Shown here one piece after another: positions 16,014-24,362 of a stretch of DNA of 47,478 nucleotides. The DNA is from Candidatus Aenigmatarchaeota archaeon (GTDB lineage: Archaea; Aenigmatarchaeota; Aenigmatarchaeia; QMZP01): NCBI GenBank assembly GCA_016782405.1, contig JADHYO010000001.1:1-47478 (forward strand), in the 5' to 3' direction. Made by a program: the position numbers and the translations under genes. Numbering within the stretch: position 1 is the first letter of the stretch; the number at the start of each line of letters is the position of its first letter. Below the pieces are notes generated by a model. It saw only the letters and a list, made by a program, of their open reading frames with translations, was not told where the DNA came from and did not search any database.

Positions 16014-16049
16014 GCTACTGCCTTGGTATTTTTAGAAAATGAGCTATTT
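16014..16049 (+). repeat. Direct repeat, right copy
   Basis: GCTACTGCCTTGGTATTTTTAGAAAATGAGCTATTT; see 15269-15304. Confidence 0.85.
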
Positions 16050-16290
16050 TTACGCTTGGTAACCTTTAAATTTGTTACCCTCAATTAATAACAAACACAT
16101 CCAGAATTCATACTTCCACAAACTTCATTAAAGCCCACGCAATAGCGGTTCAGAGTGAAACAATTGCTTTGGACAGTTGGCTAGAAGATAGATTGCATCG
16201 TGACGAAAGACATTGAAAGTCTTCGCGGTGTGTTGATTTCTTTAGAAATAATTATGTTTTCGAGGAACTTAATCTGAAAGGACGTGTGAA

Positions 16291-16770
16291 ATGAGAAATT
16301 CGGGTCGAATTGCCATCTGGGAGATACTGCTCTATCTTGTTCTTTTAGCGGGTGTTGTGTTGGGTACTATTGCCATAGTTTCTCGGGAAGCTGATACAGA
16401 AGGCATGAAGAAGGCTGATCTTGGTTGCTGGCTTTTCGAGCCAGCCGATGAGTCATTCGGATTGGTGTTTCGTTCAATAAGGAACAAAACCATACGCCTT
16501 GATTTAGAGACCAAGCCCGGGTGGTGTTCGTTCAATGTTGTTCTCTCAAAGGATGGTTCGGAACTCCAGGTCGTTGTTCCAGTACCCAAGACCTACTCCG
16601 AAAAAAAGGAACTTAAACCTGGGGAAGACATAATCGAGCATGGCAACATCCTCGTGAAATATGTCAAGAAGGAGTGGGGAAAGACTTTCCTTAAAATCAT
16701 TTTTGACAAAGAGGAGCACGACATTGTTCTGCTTCTCTGCGAGGATGAACTGTACTACAAAGTGACGTAG
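16291..16770 (+). CDS. Membrane-anchored protein, unknown function (paralog A)
   Basis: N-terminal TM segment. Shares ADES..LV and ELKPGE..ILVKYVKK..LKIIF..EEHD..LYYKVT with paralog B. The leader CTGAAAGGACGTG..ATGAGAA..TTCGGGTC is also duplicated. Confidence 0.65.
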   Translation: MRNSGRIAIWEILLYLVLLAGVVLGTIAIVSREADTEGMKKADLGCWLFEPADESFGLVFRSIRNKTIRLDLETKPGWCSFNVVLSKDGSELQVVVPVPKTYSEKKELKPGEDIIEHGNILVKYVKKEWGKTFLKIIFDKEEHDIVLLLCEDELYYKVT

Positions 16771-16812
16771 CGGTTTCGCTTTTGTTTCTATCAAACTGAA
16801 AGGACGTGCAGA

Positions 16813-17286
16813 ATGAGAATGAATTCGGGTCAAATTTCCAGTGTTGTTTGGCTTCTTCTTGCTGCTCTAGTGATTTTCACTGCCTGTTCGGGGGGAGATC
16901 CTGTAGGAGGCGCGAAGAGGGCTGTCACTGGTTGCAGCTTCTTCAAGTCAGCTGACGAGTCGACCAAGCTGGTGTATTGGTTCATGGTCGACATCAAGGT
17001 GCGCTTCGATCTCCTGGTCGGGGACAATAAGTCGGGGTTTGTGATTGACATGTCTAAGATGGGTTCGAGGCTCTCGGTGGTTGTCACTGACGATGGGGGT
17101 GGCCCACTACCAAAAGAATTGAGGCCCGGGGATTATATGCTAACAAAAGAGAACACAATTTTGAAGTATCTCCGGAAAGATGGCGCAGAAATTTTGTTCA
17201 AAATTACTGTGGGTGAGGAGGAGTACGATCTCACCCTGTTTATCCACAGTAACGACCTGTACTACAAGATAACGGAGGGAGGTTAA
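16813..17286 (+). CDS. Membrane-anchored or lipoprotein-like protein, unknown function (paralog B)
   Basis: Hydrophobic N-terminus ending in the lipobox-like LVIFTAC|SGG. C-terminal half ELRPGD..ILKYLRK..FKITVGEEEYD..LYYKIT parallels paralog A. Confidence 0.65.
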   Translation: MRMNSGQISSVVWLLLAALVIFTACSGGDPVGGAKRAVTGCSFFKSADESTKLVYWFMVDIKVRFDLLVGDNKSGFVIDMSKMGSRLSVVVTDDGGGPLPKELRPGDYMLTKENTILKYLRKDGAEILFKITVGEEEYDLTLFIHSNDLYYKITEGG

Positions 17287-17287
17287 G

Positions 17288-17572
17288 ATGTTGTGCATTG
17301 AACTCCACTACCCGGGGAATGACCCATCCTTTGTGGAGGACATAAGGAAAGAGGTAGCTGATAGGCTGAAGGTGTTTGCTGATTTCGCCCACAGTATCGG
17401 GTTCAATCACGTGAACTCTAATGTCGGTCACCTCTACAAAGTAATAAGGAAAGTACCCTTTCTCCGTCTCTACGGGTCGGATTTGGATGAGCTTGCTCAG
17501 GTGAGGGGTGCTTTGAGAGGTGTGATGCTCGAAATTCAGGTGATGCCGCTCATAGAGTTCATACCGGAGTAA
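17288..17572 (+). CDS. Hypothetical protein (94 aa)
   Basis: ATG overlaps the preceding stop context (TAAGATG). No recognisable motif. Confidence 0.5.
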   Translation: MLCIELHYPGNDPSFVEDIRKEVADRLKVFADFAHSIGFNHVNSNVGHLYKVIRKVPFLRLYGSDLDELAQVRGALRGVMLEIQVMPLIEFIPE

Positions 17573-17581
17573 CTGTTATTG

Positions 17582-17625
17582 GGGAGGGAGCAGTCCAAAG
17601 TCGGGGCTGCTCTTCCCTTTGTTTT
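17582..17625 (+). terminator. Hairpin plus T-tract after 17288..17572
   Basis: GGGAGGGAGCAG (17582-17593) pairs with CTGCTCTTCCC (17607-17617) with one bulge and one G.U, followed by TTTGTTTT. Confidence 0.45.
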
Positions 17626-17657
17626 CCAAGTTCTTTTGAAATGAGAGGAAAGTGAAG

Positions 17658-18509
17658 ATGAGCAGTGTGTATGCGACGAATCTCAGCATGCGGCGGATGA
17701 TGGTTATTCCCGCTCTACGCGAAAGACAACTCCACGTTGGTGGGTTGCGCGTCCTTTTCAACAAGCAACCCACAGACGTTCGTTACATCATGTTCTACCC
17801 GAGGAGAAGTTATGCCGTTCTCCCCTACAACCTCGGGGGGATGCTCATGTACGGCAGGAATAGCACTCTATACATCCCCGAGAGCAGGGATGGTGGCGTT
17901 AGCGACATCTTCATCGTGGGGGGTTATTGTGGTCACAAATTCGCGGTACGGCTGAGTGGCAGCGATCTGTACCGCACGTTCATCGAAAAGGGGGCGGATG
18001 CACTTTTCCATTCCTTGTTCCCGGAAGCGATCCAGGATTTCGAGAAGCTCTGCGGCGGGCGGCAGATTTGCATTCACATGCACGGCCTGCTGAGCGTTCC
18101 CATACCCCATTTTAAGTGGGACAGAGTAGACCTGTCTCCCATTACCGGCAGAAGCACTTCCCTAGGGGAGCCGAAGCATGTAACTGATGATGCGAGCATC
18201 TTCGGGCTGGGGATAAAACTGACTGGGGAGTCACTGATATACAATCAAGACCACGAAGGCATAGTATGCCTGTTCAAGGGGTCGGTGAATATCGAGGGGA
18301 TGGAGTTCTCCCTGGGGAACAGGATCCACGCCCTCTCGATGATGAAACACCTTTCGAACTCCAATCAACCGCTGATCGACTGCAGCGGATTTCCGAAGAA
18401 GAAATCACCGGAGCCCCCTGCTCGTGACCAGGAGCAAGACCAGGATGGTGAGCAGGATCCGGATGCCGTCGCCGAGCAACCTGAAGCGGCCGTCGTTGCC
18501 GAGGGCTAA
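17658..18509 (+). CDS. Hypothetical protein with an acidic low-complexity C-terminal tail
   Basis: ATG at 17658 is preceded by GAGG about 9 nt upstream (the listed ORF starts at a GTG at 17652). Tail: DQEQDQDGEQDPDAVAEQPEAAVVAEG. No recognisable catalytic motif. Confidence 0.55.
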   Translation: MSSVYATNLSMRRMMVIPALRERQLHVGGLRVLFNKQPTDVRYIMFYPRRSYAVLPYNLGGMLMYGRNSTLYIPESRDGGVSDIFIVGGYCGHKFAVRLSGSDLYRTFIEKGADALFHSLFPEAIQDFEKLCGGRQICIHMHGLLSVPIPHFKWDRVDLSPITGRSTSLGEPKHVTDDASIFGLGIKLTGESLIYNQDHEGIVCLFKGSVNIEGMEFSLGNRIHALSMMKHLSNSNQPLIDCSGFPKKKSPEPPARDQEQDQDGEQDPDAVAEQPEAAVVAEG

Positions 18510-18540
18510 CGGCAGGGATAAAAATTAAGTTAAGCACGGG

Positions 18541-18607
18541 TGGTAATATCCATTTTTGGATATTTGAGGGTTTCGCTGCCTGTGTTTTTGTTCTGTCAAC
18601 TTAGCGG
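18541..18607 (-). repeat. Intergenic repeat family, copy 3 (inverted relative to copies 1 and 2), includes a small hairpin
   Basis: The reverse complement reads CCGCTAAGTTGACAGAACAAAAACACAGGCAGCGAAACCCTCAAATATCCAAAAATGGATATTACCA. Hairpin AATATCCA/TGGATATT at 18545-18564. Confidence 0.7.
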
Positions 18608-18641
18608 GGTCAATAGCATGTAACGGCTTGGATTGATTCCC

Positions 18642-19241
18642 TCAGCCAGCTTTGGTTAAAGAGTGAATTTTCCTCTTTATTTTTTTGTGGCCCCTGACCC
18701 CTGATGTTTTTCTAATGTAAAGAGCCAGCTTTTTTTTGTTCAGGCTTCCTGCCATAGCTTTCCAAATGTCGTCAAGGAATGGATAATTGAAATAAATCAT
18801 GTCTATCAAGGTCTTTTCCAGGTCAGATACCCTCACGCTCTCACCATCCACCTTCATGGTTTCATACCCGAAGTACATTTTTCTTGAAACCCTGCGGACA
18901 ATCACTTTCCTTTCTCCAACGATTCTCTCCCCAACTTTGATTTTTTTCGGTGCCTTGGTAGTGAGTACATTTACATTCGGAATTTGGTCCCAGAAACCGT
19001 GCAGAAATGCCGCTGTCCCCAGGCCAATATACGCCTCTCCAAGGGGGACTGTTATTAAGTAAGGGGTTTCCTTGAAGGAATACCACCCCTTAATTAATGG
19101 GATTATTTTCCCCTTTTCCCTGAGCCTGTGGATAAAGACTTTGGCATACCCATTGCCCATTTCACCCTGGACCGTTTTCAGGCTGAAAACACTGGCTTTC
19201 TCCAGTTTTTCCTGGAATTTTTTGTATTTAACCCTTGGCAT
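18642..19241 (-). CDS. AbiEi-like antitoxin / wHTH transcriptional regulator
   Basis: GWYSF..YIGLGTAAFLHGFWDQIP..VSDLEKTLIDMIY pattern typical of AbiEi/COG5340 proteins. 14-nt overlap with the AbiEii-like gene. Confidence 0.65.
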   Translation of the reverse strand: MPRVKYKKFQEKLEKASVFSLKTVQGEMGNGYAKVFIHRLREKGKIIPLIKGWYSFKETPYLITVPLGEAYIGLGTAAFLHGFWDQIPNVNVLTTKAPKKIKVGERIVGERKVIVRRVSRKMYFGYETMKVDGESVRVSDLEKTLIDMIYFNYPFLDDIWKAMAGSLNKKKLALYIRKTSGVRGHKKIKRKIHSLTKAG

Positions 19242-19848
19242 ACATGTACACCTTCCTCTTTATTGTTTCAAAGTCAGGGCATTTTCCCATCAGAATGATT
19301 TCCTTAAGACCTGCAAAATCCCTTGGAACCTTGATAGGTTTTAATCCCTTCAGGTGAATATCCGCTTTGTCAAGAAGGAAGAATATGTCATACAAATCCC
19401 TTGCTTTTTTTCTCCCCTTAAAAGCATCAATCTTCTCCTGGATTAGATCCCTGGCTGACAGTGTTCCTATAATCAGGGAGTCGCCACCCACCATAAAAAA
19501 CTCACCATCAACAGGGCTGACCTTCCTGAACATTGGCGAAACCTCAACCTCAACCTCTGCCACACCATCACTGAATTTCATATAAACAACATCAGATCCA
19601 GTCACCTTCCCTTTAAGCATGGTGAAGTCTGACTTTTTGAAATGTTCCAGGATTTCTTTTGGCTTGCTGAAATAAAGGTCCAAATCATATGAGAACCTTT
19701 TCCCACCATAAACCCTCCAGATTGCTGTCCCACCATGCAGCACAACATCAAACTTCGAGAGAAGTTCAACTATCAGTTTGTCCTGGAGCTCTGCTATCTT
19801 GAGGAGCTTCCCTTTCAACAGCTTGTTAAGTGGAAATTTGGTGTCCAT
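19228..19848 (-). CDS. AbiEii/AbiGii-family nucleotidyltransferase toxin
   Basis: LHGGTAIWRVYGGKRFSYDLDLYF (GGTA..R.S.DlD motif). Start taken at the ATG at 19848 (MDTKFPLNKLL). Confidence 0.7.
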   Translation of the reverse strand: MDTKFPLNKLLKGKLLKIAELQDKLIVELLSKFDVVLHGGTAIWRVYGGKRFSYDLDLYFSKPKEILEHFKKSDFTMLKGKVTGSDVVYMKFSDGVAEVEVEVSPMFRKVSPVDGEFFMVGGDSLIIGTLSARDLIQEKIDAFKGRKKARDLYDIFFLLDKADIHLKGLKPIKVPRDFAGLKEIILMGKCPDFETIKRKVYMYAKG

Positions 19849-19959
19849 AGTATTATATATACCCAGGTTATATAAAAACATAACCCTCGTATAAAAAGCG
19901 TTCAAGTGTAGCAGAAGGGGCAGAGCGGATTGATGGAAAACTTAAAGTCTCAGTGGTTT

Positions 19960-20883
19960 TTATTTCTGAATGTGACTAACTCTCAATTGTGCTACCTTTT
20001 GCCCCTTAAATCTTGGCATTTCCAAAAACAAATGATATAATACATCTTGTGTGGGGTATGTCATAAATACACCACCTGAAGGATCTACAGGTACCCAAAA
20101 GCCACTTTTGGAATTTAATGGAACATAAATTTCAGGCCACGTATGACCTATAACAGTAGAAGTAAGTTTGGTTTTATCATCACCATATGTACCAATTGGC
20201 TTGTCGCCAACTACTTTGCCGGTCACCCTTCTTGATACCAAACCTAAAGCACTAGATAACCCTACAAAAAAAGTTGAGATTGATTTACAATCCCCTGAAA
20301 CATTTCCCCTTTCAAAATATTCCTTCACAAGATGAGGCATATATTCTGACATATTCCACGTGCTTTCATCTTCATCTCTATCAAAACAGTCCAATACAAA
20401 ACTGTATAGGTTAACCAGAAAATTCCCGAAACTTCTTTCTGGTCTAATTTTTTTCGCAATTTCTTCGCTGCCTTTAACTATCTCTGGAATCTTTTCTTTT
20501 TGTGTATTTGCCAACACAAAAGCTGTTGTTGGTAAACTAACATCTTCACTTTCAACATACCTACTAACAAAGGAATAAGTGGAATTATCATTAGAAACTA
20601 GATTCGCTTTTGTTAAAATAGGATTTTTTTGAGGGTAAGAAACAGGAAATTCTGGAAATCCCCTAACTTCTTCTCTAAATTCTAGAGACCCTTTGTAGCC
20701 AATTTCGATGAGAATATTCTTATCTTGAACTATTGGCATAGTTAACAAGTTAGTGTCAGCATTATGATCGTCTGGAACTGGTATATCATACCATTTTCCA
20801 GCTTCTAAGTCTATATCTATAATCGAATCTGGTTCTGCTAATTCTCCATCCGGATCCGTTACCCTAGTGGCGTATGATAACAT
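19960..20883 (-). CDS. Transglutaminase-like (cysteine protease fold) protein
   Basis: GDCKSISTFFVGLSSALGLVSRRVTG (catalytic Cys context) and GHTWPEIYVP..GFWVPVDPS (His/Asp context). Confidence 0.65.
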   Translation of the reverse strand: MLSYATRVTDPDGELAEPDSIIDIDLEAGKWYDIPVPDDHNADTNLLTMPIVQDKNILIEIGYKGSLEFREEVRGFPEFPVSYPQKNPILTKANLVSNDNSTYSFVSRYVESEDVSLPTTAFVLANTQKEKIPEIVKGSEEIAKKIRPERSFGNFLVNLYSFVLDCFDRDEDESTWNMSEYMPHLVKEYFERGNVSGDCKSISTFFVGLSSALGLVSRRVTGKVVGDKPIGTYGDDKTKLTSTVIGHTWPEIYVPLNSKSGFWVPVDPSGGVFMTYPTQDVLYHLFLEMPRFKGQKVAQLRVSHIQK

Positions 20884-20962
20884 GTTGATAAGAAGGATTG
20901 TTATATTTATAAACTTGTTTTGTTACTACGCCTCCGTATAAATTAACCCCCGAAGGGGCCTC

Positions 20963-21241
20963 TCACATCCGACCGTATATTTTGTGGGCCTGTTCAGCTG
21001 TTAAAAATTCAGTCACCTTCACGGTTTTGCTTTCAATATCAATGATGTAGAAAAACCTGTAATTTCCAATTCTTAGCCTGTAAGCTCTTCTCCGGCTTCC
21101 TTTTATCTCCTTTTCATCTTTTCCATCAGGGAATGGGTTTGCTTTCAAAGCTCGTAACCTTACTTTAATATTATTCGCTTCTTTTTTTAGGAGAATATTT
21201 ATTTTTTCCAGTACGCTAATCTCCACAAGAAGCCTGAACAT
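20963..21241 (-). CDS. RelE/ParE-family type II toxin
   Basis: 92 aa; RRAYRLRIGNYRFFYIIDIESKTVKVTEF. Abuts the upstream antitoxin gene. Confidence 0.7.
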   Translation of the reverse strand: MFRLLVEISVLEKINILLKKEANNIKVRLRALKANPFPDGKDEKEIKGSRRRAYRLRIGNYRFFYIIDIESKTVKVTEFLTAEQAHKIYGRM

Positions 21242-21433
21242 TCAATCCAGCTCCGTGAACTTTCCTTCTTTTGCTATCCTATGCTGGGTTTCAACAAGAA
21301 AGTCCCTTCTTCTAATCCTCATATGCTCTTCTACTAAATTCCGGATAACCGTGTCGTAGGTATCGCCCATAGTCCCAACATTCTTAAGCTTCTCAACAGT
21401 GGACTTCTCTAATTGAATAGTTGTTTTTTGCAT
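21242..21433 (-). CDS. Ribbon-helix-helix (CopG-like) antitoxin
   Basis: 63 aa; N-terminal beta-strand-like TTIQLEKSTVEKLK followed by helices. Immediately precedes the RelE-like gene. Confidence 0.6.
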   Translation of the reverse strand: MQKTTIQLEKSTVEKLKNVGTMGDTYDTVIRNLVEEHMRIRRRDFLVETQHRIAKEGKFTELD

Positions 21434-21482
21434 ATTATATAATAAACATAATAGTATATAAATGTTATATATAATGTATAAG

Positions 21483-21556
21483 AGCCTCTGAAGGGAATCG
21501 AACCCCTAACCTTTCGTTTACGAAACGAATGCTCTACCAGATTGAGCTACAGAGGC
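21483..21556 (-). tRNA. tRNA-Thr(CGU), intronless
   Basis: Minus-strand reading: GCCTCTG TA GCTC AATCTGGTA GAGC A TTCGT TTCGTAA ACGAA AGGTT AGGGG TTCGATT CCCTT CAGAGGC T (74 nt). Confidence 0.85.
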
Positions 21557-21632
21557 TTTAACTTTGGAGCCGCAGACTTCGCTGCGGAGACCTTACATAG
21601 TAATATTAATAACCAGTATTCAAAAAAGACCT

Positions 21633-22067
21633 ATGGAACAAAATTTGAAAGAACAAGAGGAGAAGAAGTTGAAAGAGGGTTGGATAAAAACAAGCATGAT
21701 GATTGAGGTCCTTGCTGTGACTGAGGAAGCTGCCCGCTCCTCTCTGGAGGAGCATGTAAAGCAGATGGAGAGGGAGAAGAAGTCCCTGATAGTTAAGAAG
21801 GATTTCAAGGAAATCCGTAAGGTTGATAAGCCCTTGCCTAACTTAGAGGTGGGTTATTCAAATGTTGTGGCGCTTGAGGTTCTTGCAGCAGACTTTGATA
21901 CGCTTGTATTCATTGCCATGAACTATGCCCCAACCACAATTGAAATCTTCTCCCCGGACAGAATCCAGATGGATGCAGGAGAAGCGCAGGGGATTTTGAA
22001 CTCAGTTTCAGACCTTATCCACAAGTTTGCCCAGCAGGGCCTTGGTGGGGTTGTTATCCGGAGCTAA
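21633..22067 (+). CDS. Hypothetical conserved protein
   Basis: ATG at 21633 preferred over the listed TTG at 21564, which lies only 8 nt from the tRNA. Confidence 0.5.
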   Translation: MEQNLKEQEEKKLKEGWIKTSMMIEVLAVTEEAARSSLEEHVKQMEREKKSLIVKKDFKEIRKVDKPLPNLEVGYSNVVALEVLAADFDTLVFIAMNYAPTTIEIFSPDRIQMDAGEAQGILNSVSDLIHKFAQQGLGGVVIRS

Positions 22068-22075
22068 ACTCGAGA

Positions 22076-23266
22076 TTAGGCCCATTCTGTCAATCTTCTC
22101 TGCTGAAGGATTCTGCTTTGCTTTTTGTAGGCTTGAATTGGAATCCTGAGGAGGGAGTCGCAGTAGTTGAGGGCTTCCTCTATTGTTGCAAACCTTTTCG
22201 GTGGCTGCTTGAATGCGTGCTCTGCAGTCTGGCGAACAACCCATACCCCTAAAGGGACGGAGTAGCCTTCCCCAACTTCGCGGAAAGAGATCACCCGAGC
22301 TTGCCTCTTCACAGAGTCGAGATATCGGACCGCTGGGAGACGCGCTGCATAATATCCACCAGCCTGACTCTCCGCATACGATGTTCTTCCATGATGAGGT
22401 TCATACTCTTCAATTATTTTTGACTGTGTCTGGGTGGACCAGTTGCTTCCAGGAGCCCATGCTTCGAAATTCTCAAATTCCCAGGAGCCTGGCATCATCA
22501 GGATGACAAAGTGATTGTCTAGGTACTGGGACTCAAAGACAATGTAATCATTAACTGATGGGTATGTTCTCACCTGACTCATTAGCTTTTTTGCAATTAT
22601 GTCATCGACTCCTGTTACTGACCATCTTGAGGGGACCAGCTTCTTATTTTCCTGCAGTCCAAGTGTGCCAGAGGAAAGTATGCTTGCTAAACGATAGACA
22701 TCCATTCCCTGTTGGTAAAGTAGGAAGGCCTGCTCACCAGCTTTCAACTCATCTGAAACAATTCTCTCCACCCGGACAGGGATGCTAACGTTGTCTGTGA
22801 CGCGCATTTTCTCTAGAAGCCCAGATGGACCCATTGGCTGGAAGCTTTCTGATAAAGAGAAGGAGAACTGCGGAGTCCTTCGGAAGGAGGTTTCCACGTC
22901 AGCAGGCTTCTTTGCAAGTGCGAGCTCCTGCATTTCCTGTACAAACTTTGAGGAGGAGCGGATGCCTTCAACTTTTTTGGATCGGAGGAGAAAGGAGCGA
23001 AGTTCAATTATTTTCGAGTAATCCATTCCAAACCACGTTGAGGGGGAATCAAGCCCTTCCTTTGGTTCAATTCCGAGCATTGGGCCTGCCAATATGTTTG
23101 GGTAGCCGCGGCGGCCGATGAAGACTGAGTAGGAAGGCCCGAAGAAATCTTTCTTTAGTTTTCCCTGGATATCCTTTTCTAATGTTGGGGAGGGGAAGGG
23201 ATAGCTTTTGTGTATGCAGAACGGGCGGCGGCCTGCACAGAGCGGACAAGAAGGGACAGAGACCAT
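22076..23266 (-). CDS. nreA: Nre-family (NreA-like) archaeal DNA-repair-associated protein
   Basis: 396 aa. N-terminal Cys cluster CPLCAGRRPFC. Overall size and composition resemble COG1602 proteins by recollection only. Confidence 0.4.
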   Translation of the reverse strand: MVSVPSCPLCAGRRPFCIHKSYPFPSPTLEKDIQGKLKKDFFGPSYSVFIGRRGYPNILAGPMLGIEPKEGLDSPSTWFGMDYSKIIELRSFLLRSKKVEGIRSSSKFVQEMQELALAKKPADVETSFRRTPQFSFSLSESFQPMGPSGLLEKMRVTDNVSIPVRVERIVSDELKAGEQAFLLYQQGMDVYRLASILSSGTLGLQENKKLVPSRWSVTGVDDIIAKKLMSQVRTYPSVNDYIVFESQYLDNHFVILMMPGSWEFENFEAWAPGSNWSTQTQSKIIEEYEPHHGRTSYAESQAGGYYAARLPAVRYLDSVKRQARVISFREVGEGYSVPLGVWVVRQTAEHAFKQPPKRFATIEEALNYCDSLLRIPIQAYKKQSRILQQRRLTEWA

Positions 23267-23362
23267 AAAAACAATTATTTTTCTCTTTTTTATTGCTGAG
23301 GGGAGTACGATTCCTCGAGTTCCTTGAGAAAAATTTAAAAGGGGAAACCCTAATTAGAGTGT

Positions 23363-24010
23363 ATGAAATGCCACTCCTGCGGTGCTGGTGCTGAGAAGGG
23401 TTGGAGGTTCTGCCCGAAATGTGGGGCGCCTGCTGCCAGGAGGGCCTTTAATTTCGGTGATATTTTCTCTAAAATGAAGAAGGAAATGGACCAGATTACC
23501 AAGGAAGTGGAAAGTGGGTTTGAGCGGGAAGTTGAAGGGGTGGACATAACACCACACTTTAGGAAGCAGGGCGGCGGTTCTGGTTTCTCAATAAAGATTC
23601 ACTCGGGAACGGGGGTGAAGCCTCGTGTCCAGGTTAAAACATTCGGAAATGTGGACAGGGGGAGGGTGGAGAAGCAGTTACAAGAGCAGCTTGGCTACCG
23701 GCCAAGGGTCAAGGTGGCTGCCGGTGAGGTGGGAAGAGAAAGAAACAAAGAGACAAACATCCCTGCACCCAAAACAACTGAGGAGCCTGTTGCAGATGTG
23801 AAGAAGGCGGACTCAGGTGTTGCTGTTTCATTGGAACTTCCTGGGGTAAAGAGCGAAGATTCAATCCAGGTGAAGGAGCTGGAATCCTCTGTTGAGGTCA
23901 GGGCAATCGCAGGGGAAAAAAGATTCTTCAAGATAATAACAAAGCCAGAACAGTCCCGCCTGGTAGATAAAAAGTTCAGCAAAGGCAAGCTCCACCTGGA
24001 GTTTGTGTGA
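23363..24010 (+). CDS. Zn-ribbon + Hsp20/alpha-crystallin-like domain protein
   Basis: CHSCG..(10 aa)..CPKCG at the N-terminus. C-terminal ADVKKADSGVAVSLELPGVKSEDSIQVKELESSVEVRA...GKLHLEF resembles an ACD beta-sandwich. Confidence 0.6.
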   Translation: MKCHSCGAGAEKGWRFCPKCGAPAARRAFNFGDIFSKMKKEMDQITKEVESGFEREVEGVDITPHFRKQGGGSGFSIKIHSGTGVKPRVQVKTFGNVDRGRVEKQLQEQLGYRPRVKVAAGEVGRERNKETNIPAPKTTEEPVADVKKADSGVAVSLELPGVKSEDSIQVKELESSVEVRAIAGEKRFFKIITKPEQSRLVDKKFSKGKLHLEFV

Positions 24011-24012
24011 TT

Positions 24013-24324
24013 CTATTCTTTTACTTCCATGAGCTGCCTGCAAACCTCGAAAATTTCTGAAGTTGCCTGGTCCATGCTAATTTCCTGGGAAGCAACCCTA
24101 ACAGCTATTCCGTTTGCGTCTTCAAGTAGCTGGGGATAGTTCACAAAGATTCCAGCCCTCTTTCCGCGGAGGTCTCGTTTGTAATGGGAAACAGCTGGTT
24201 GGGAGAGTCCAAGGGTTTCTGCAGCCTTTTTCTGGGAGAATCCCTGATCAATAAGTTTTTTTGCAACAAGTGAGCGCATGCAGGGAAGGACTTCTTGGGA
24301 AATCACTTCAAAGACTGTTTTCAT
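24013..24324 (-). CDS. HTH transcriptional regulator (XRE/COG2522-like)
   Basis: GFSQKKAAETLGLSQPAVSHYKR helix-turn-helix. Start at the ATG at 24324, with the TATA-like TATATTTAAA about 20-28 nt upstream on the minus strand. Confidence 0.65.
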   Translation of the reverse strand: MKTVFEVISQEVLPCMRSLVAKKLIDQGFSQKKAAETLGLSQPAVSHYKRDLRGKRAGIFVNYPQLLEDANGIAVRVASQEISMDQATSEIFEVCRQLMEVKE

Positions 24325-24362
24325 AATACATTCTTGTTGTGGCGGGTTTAAATATAACACTG

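Noticed and set aside
2170-18607. The inverted copies 1 and 3 of the repeat as the ends of a 16-kb mobile element
   Set aside because: The interval contains housekeeping-type genes (the GTPase group, tRNA-Gly, HIT, OtsA-like) and no integrase or transposase. An invertible segment remains possible but unsupported. The direct-repeat pair 2170/7805 is the more economical boundary hypothesis.
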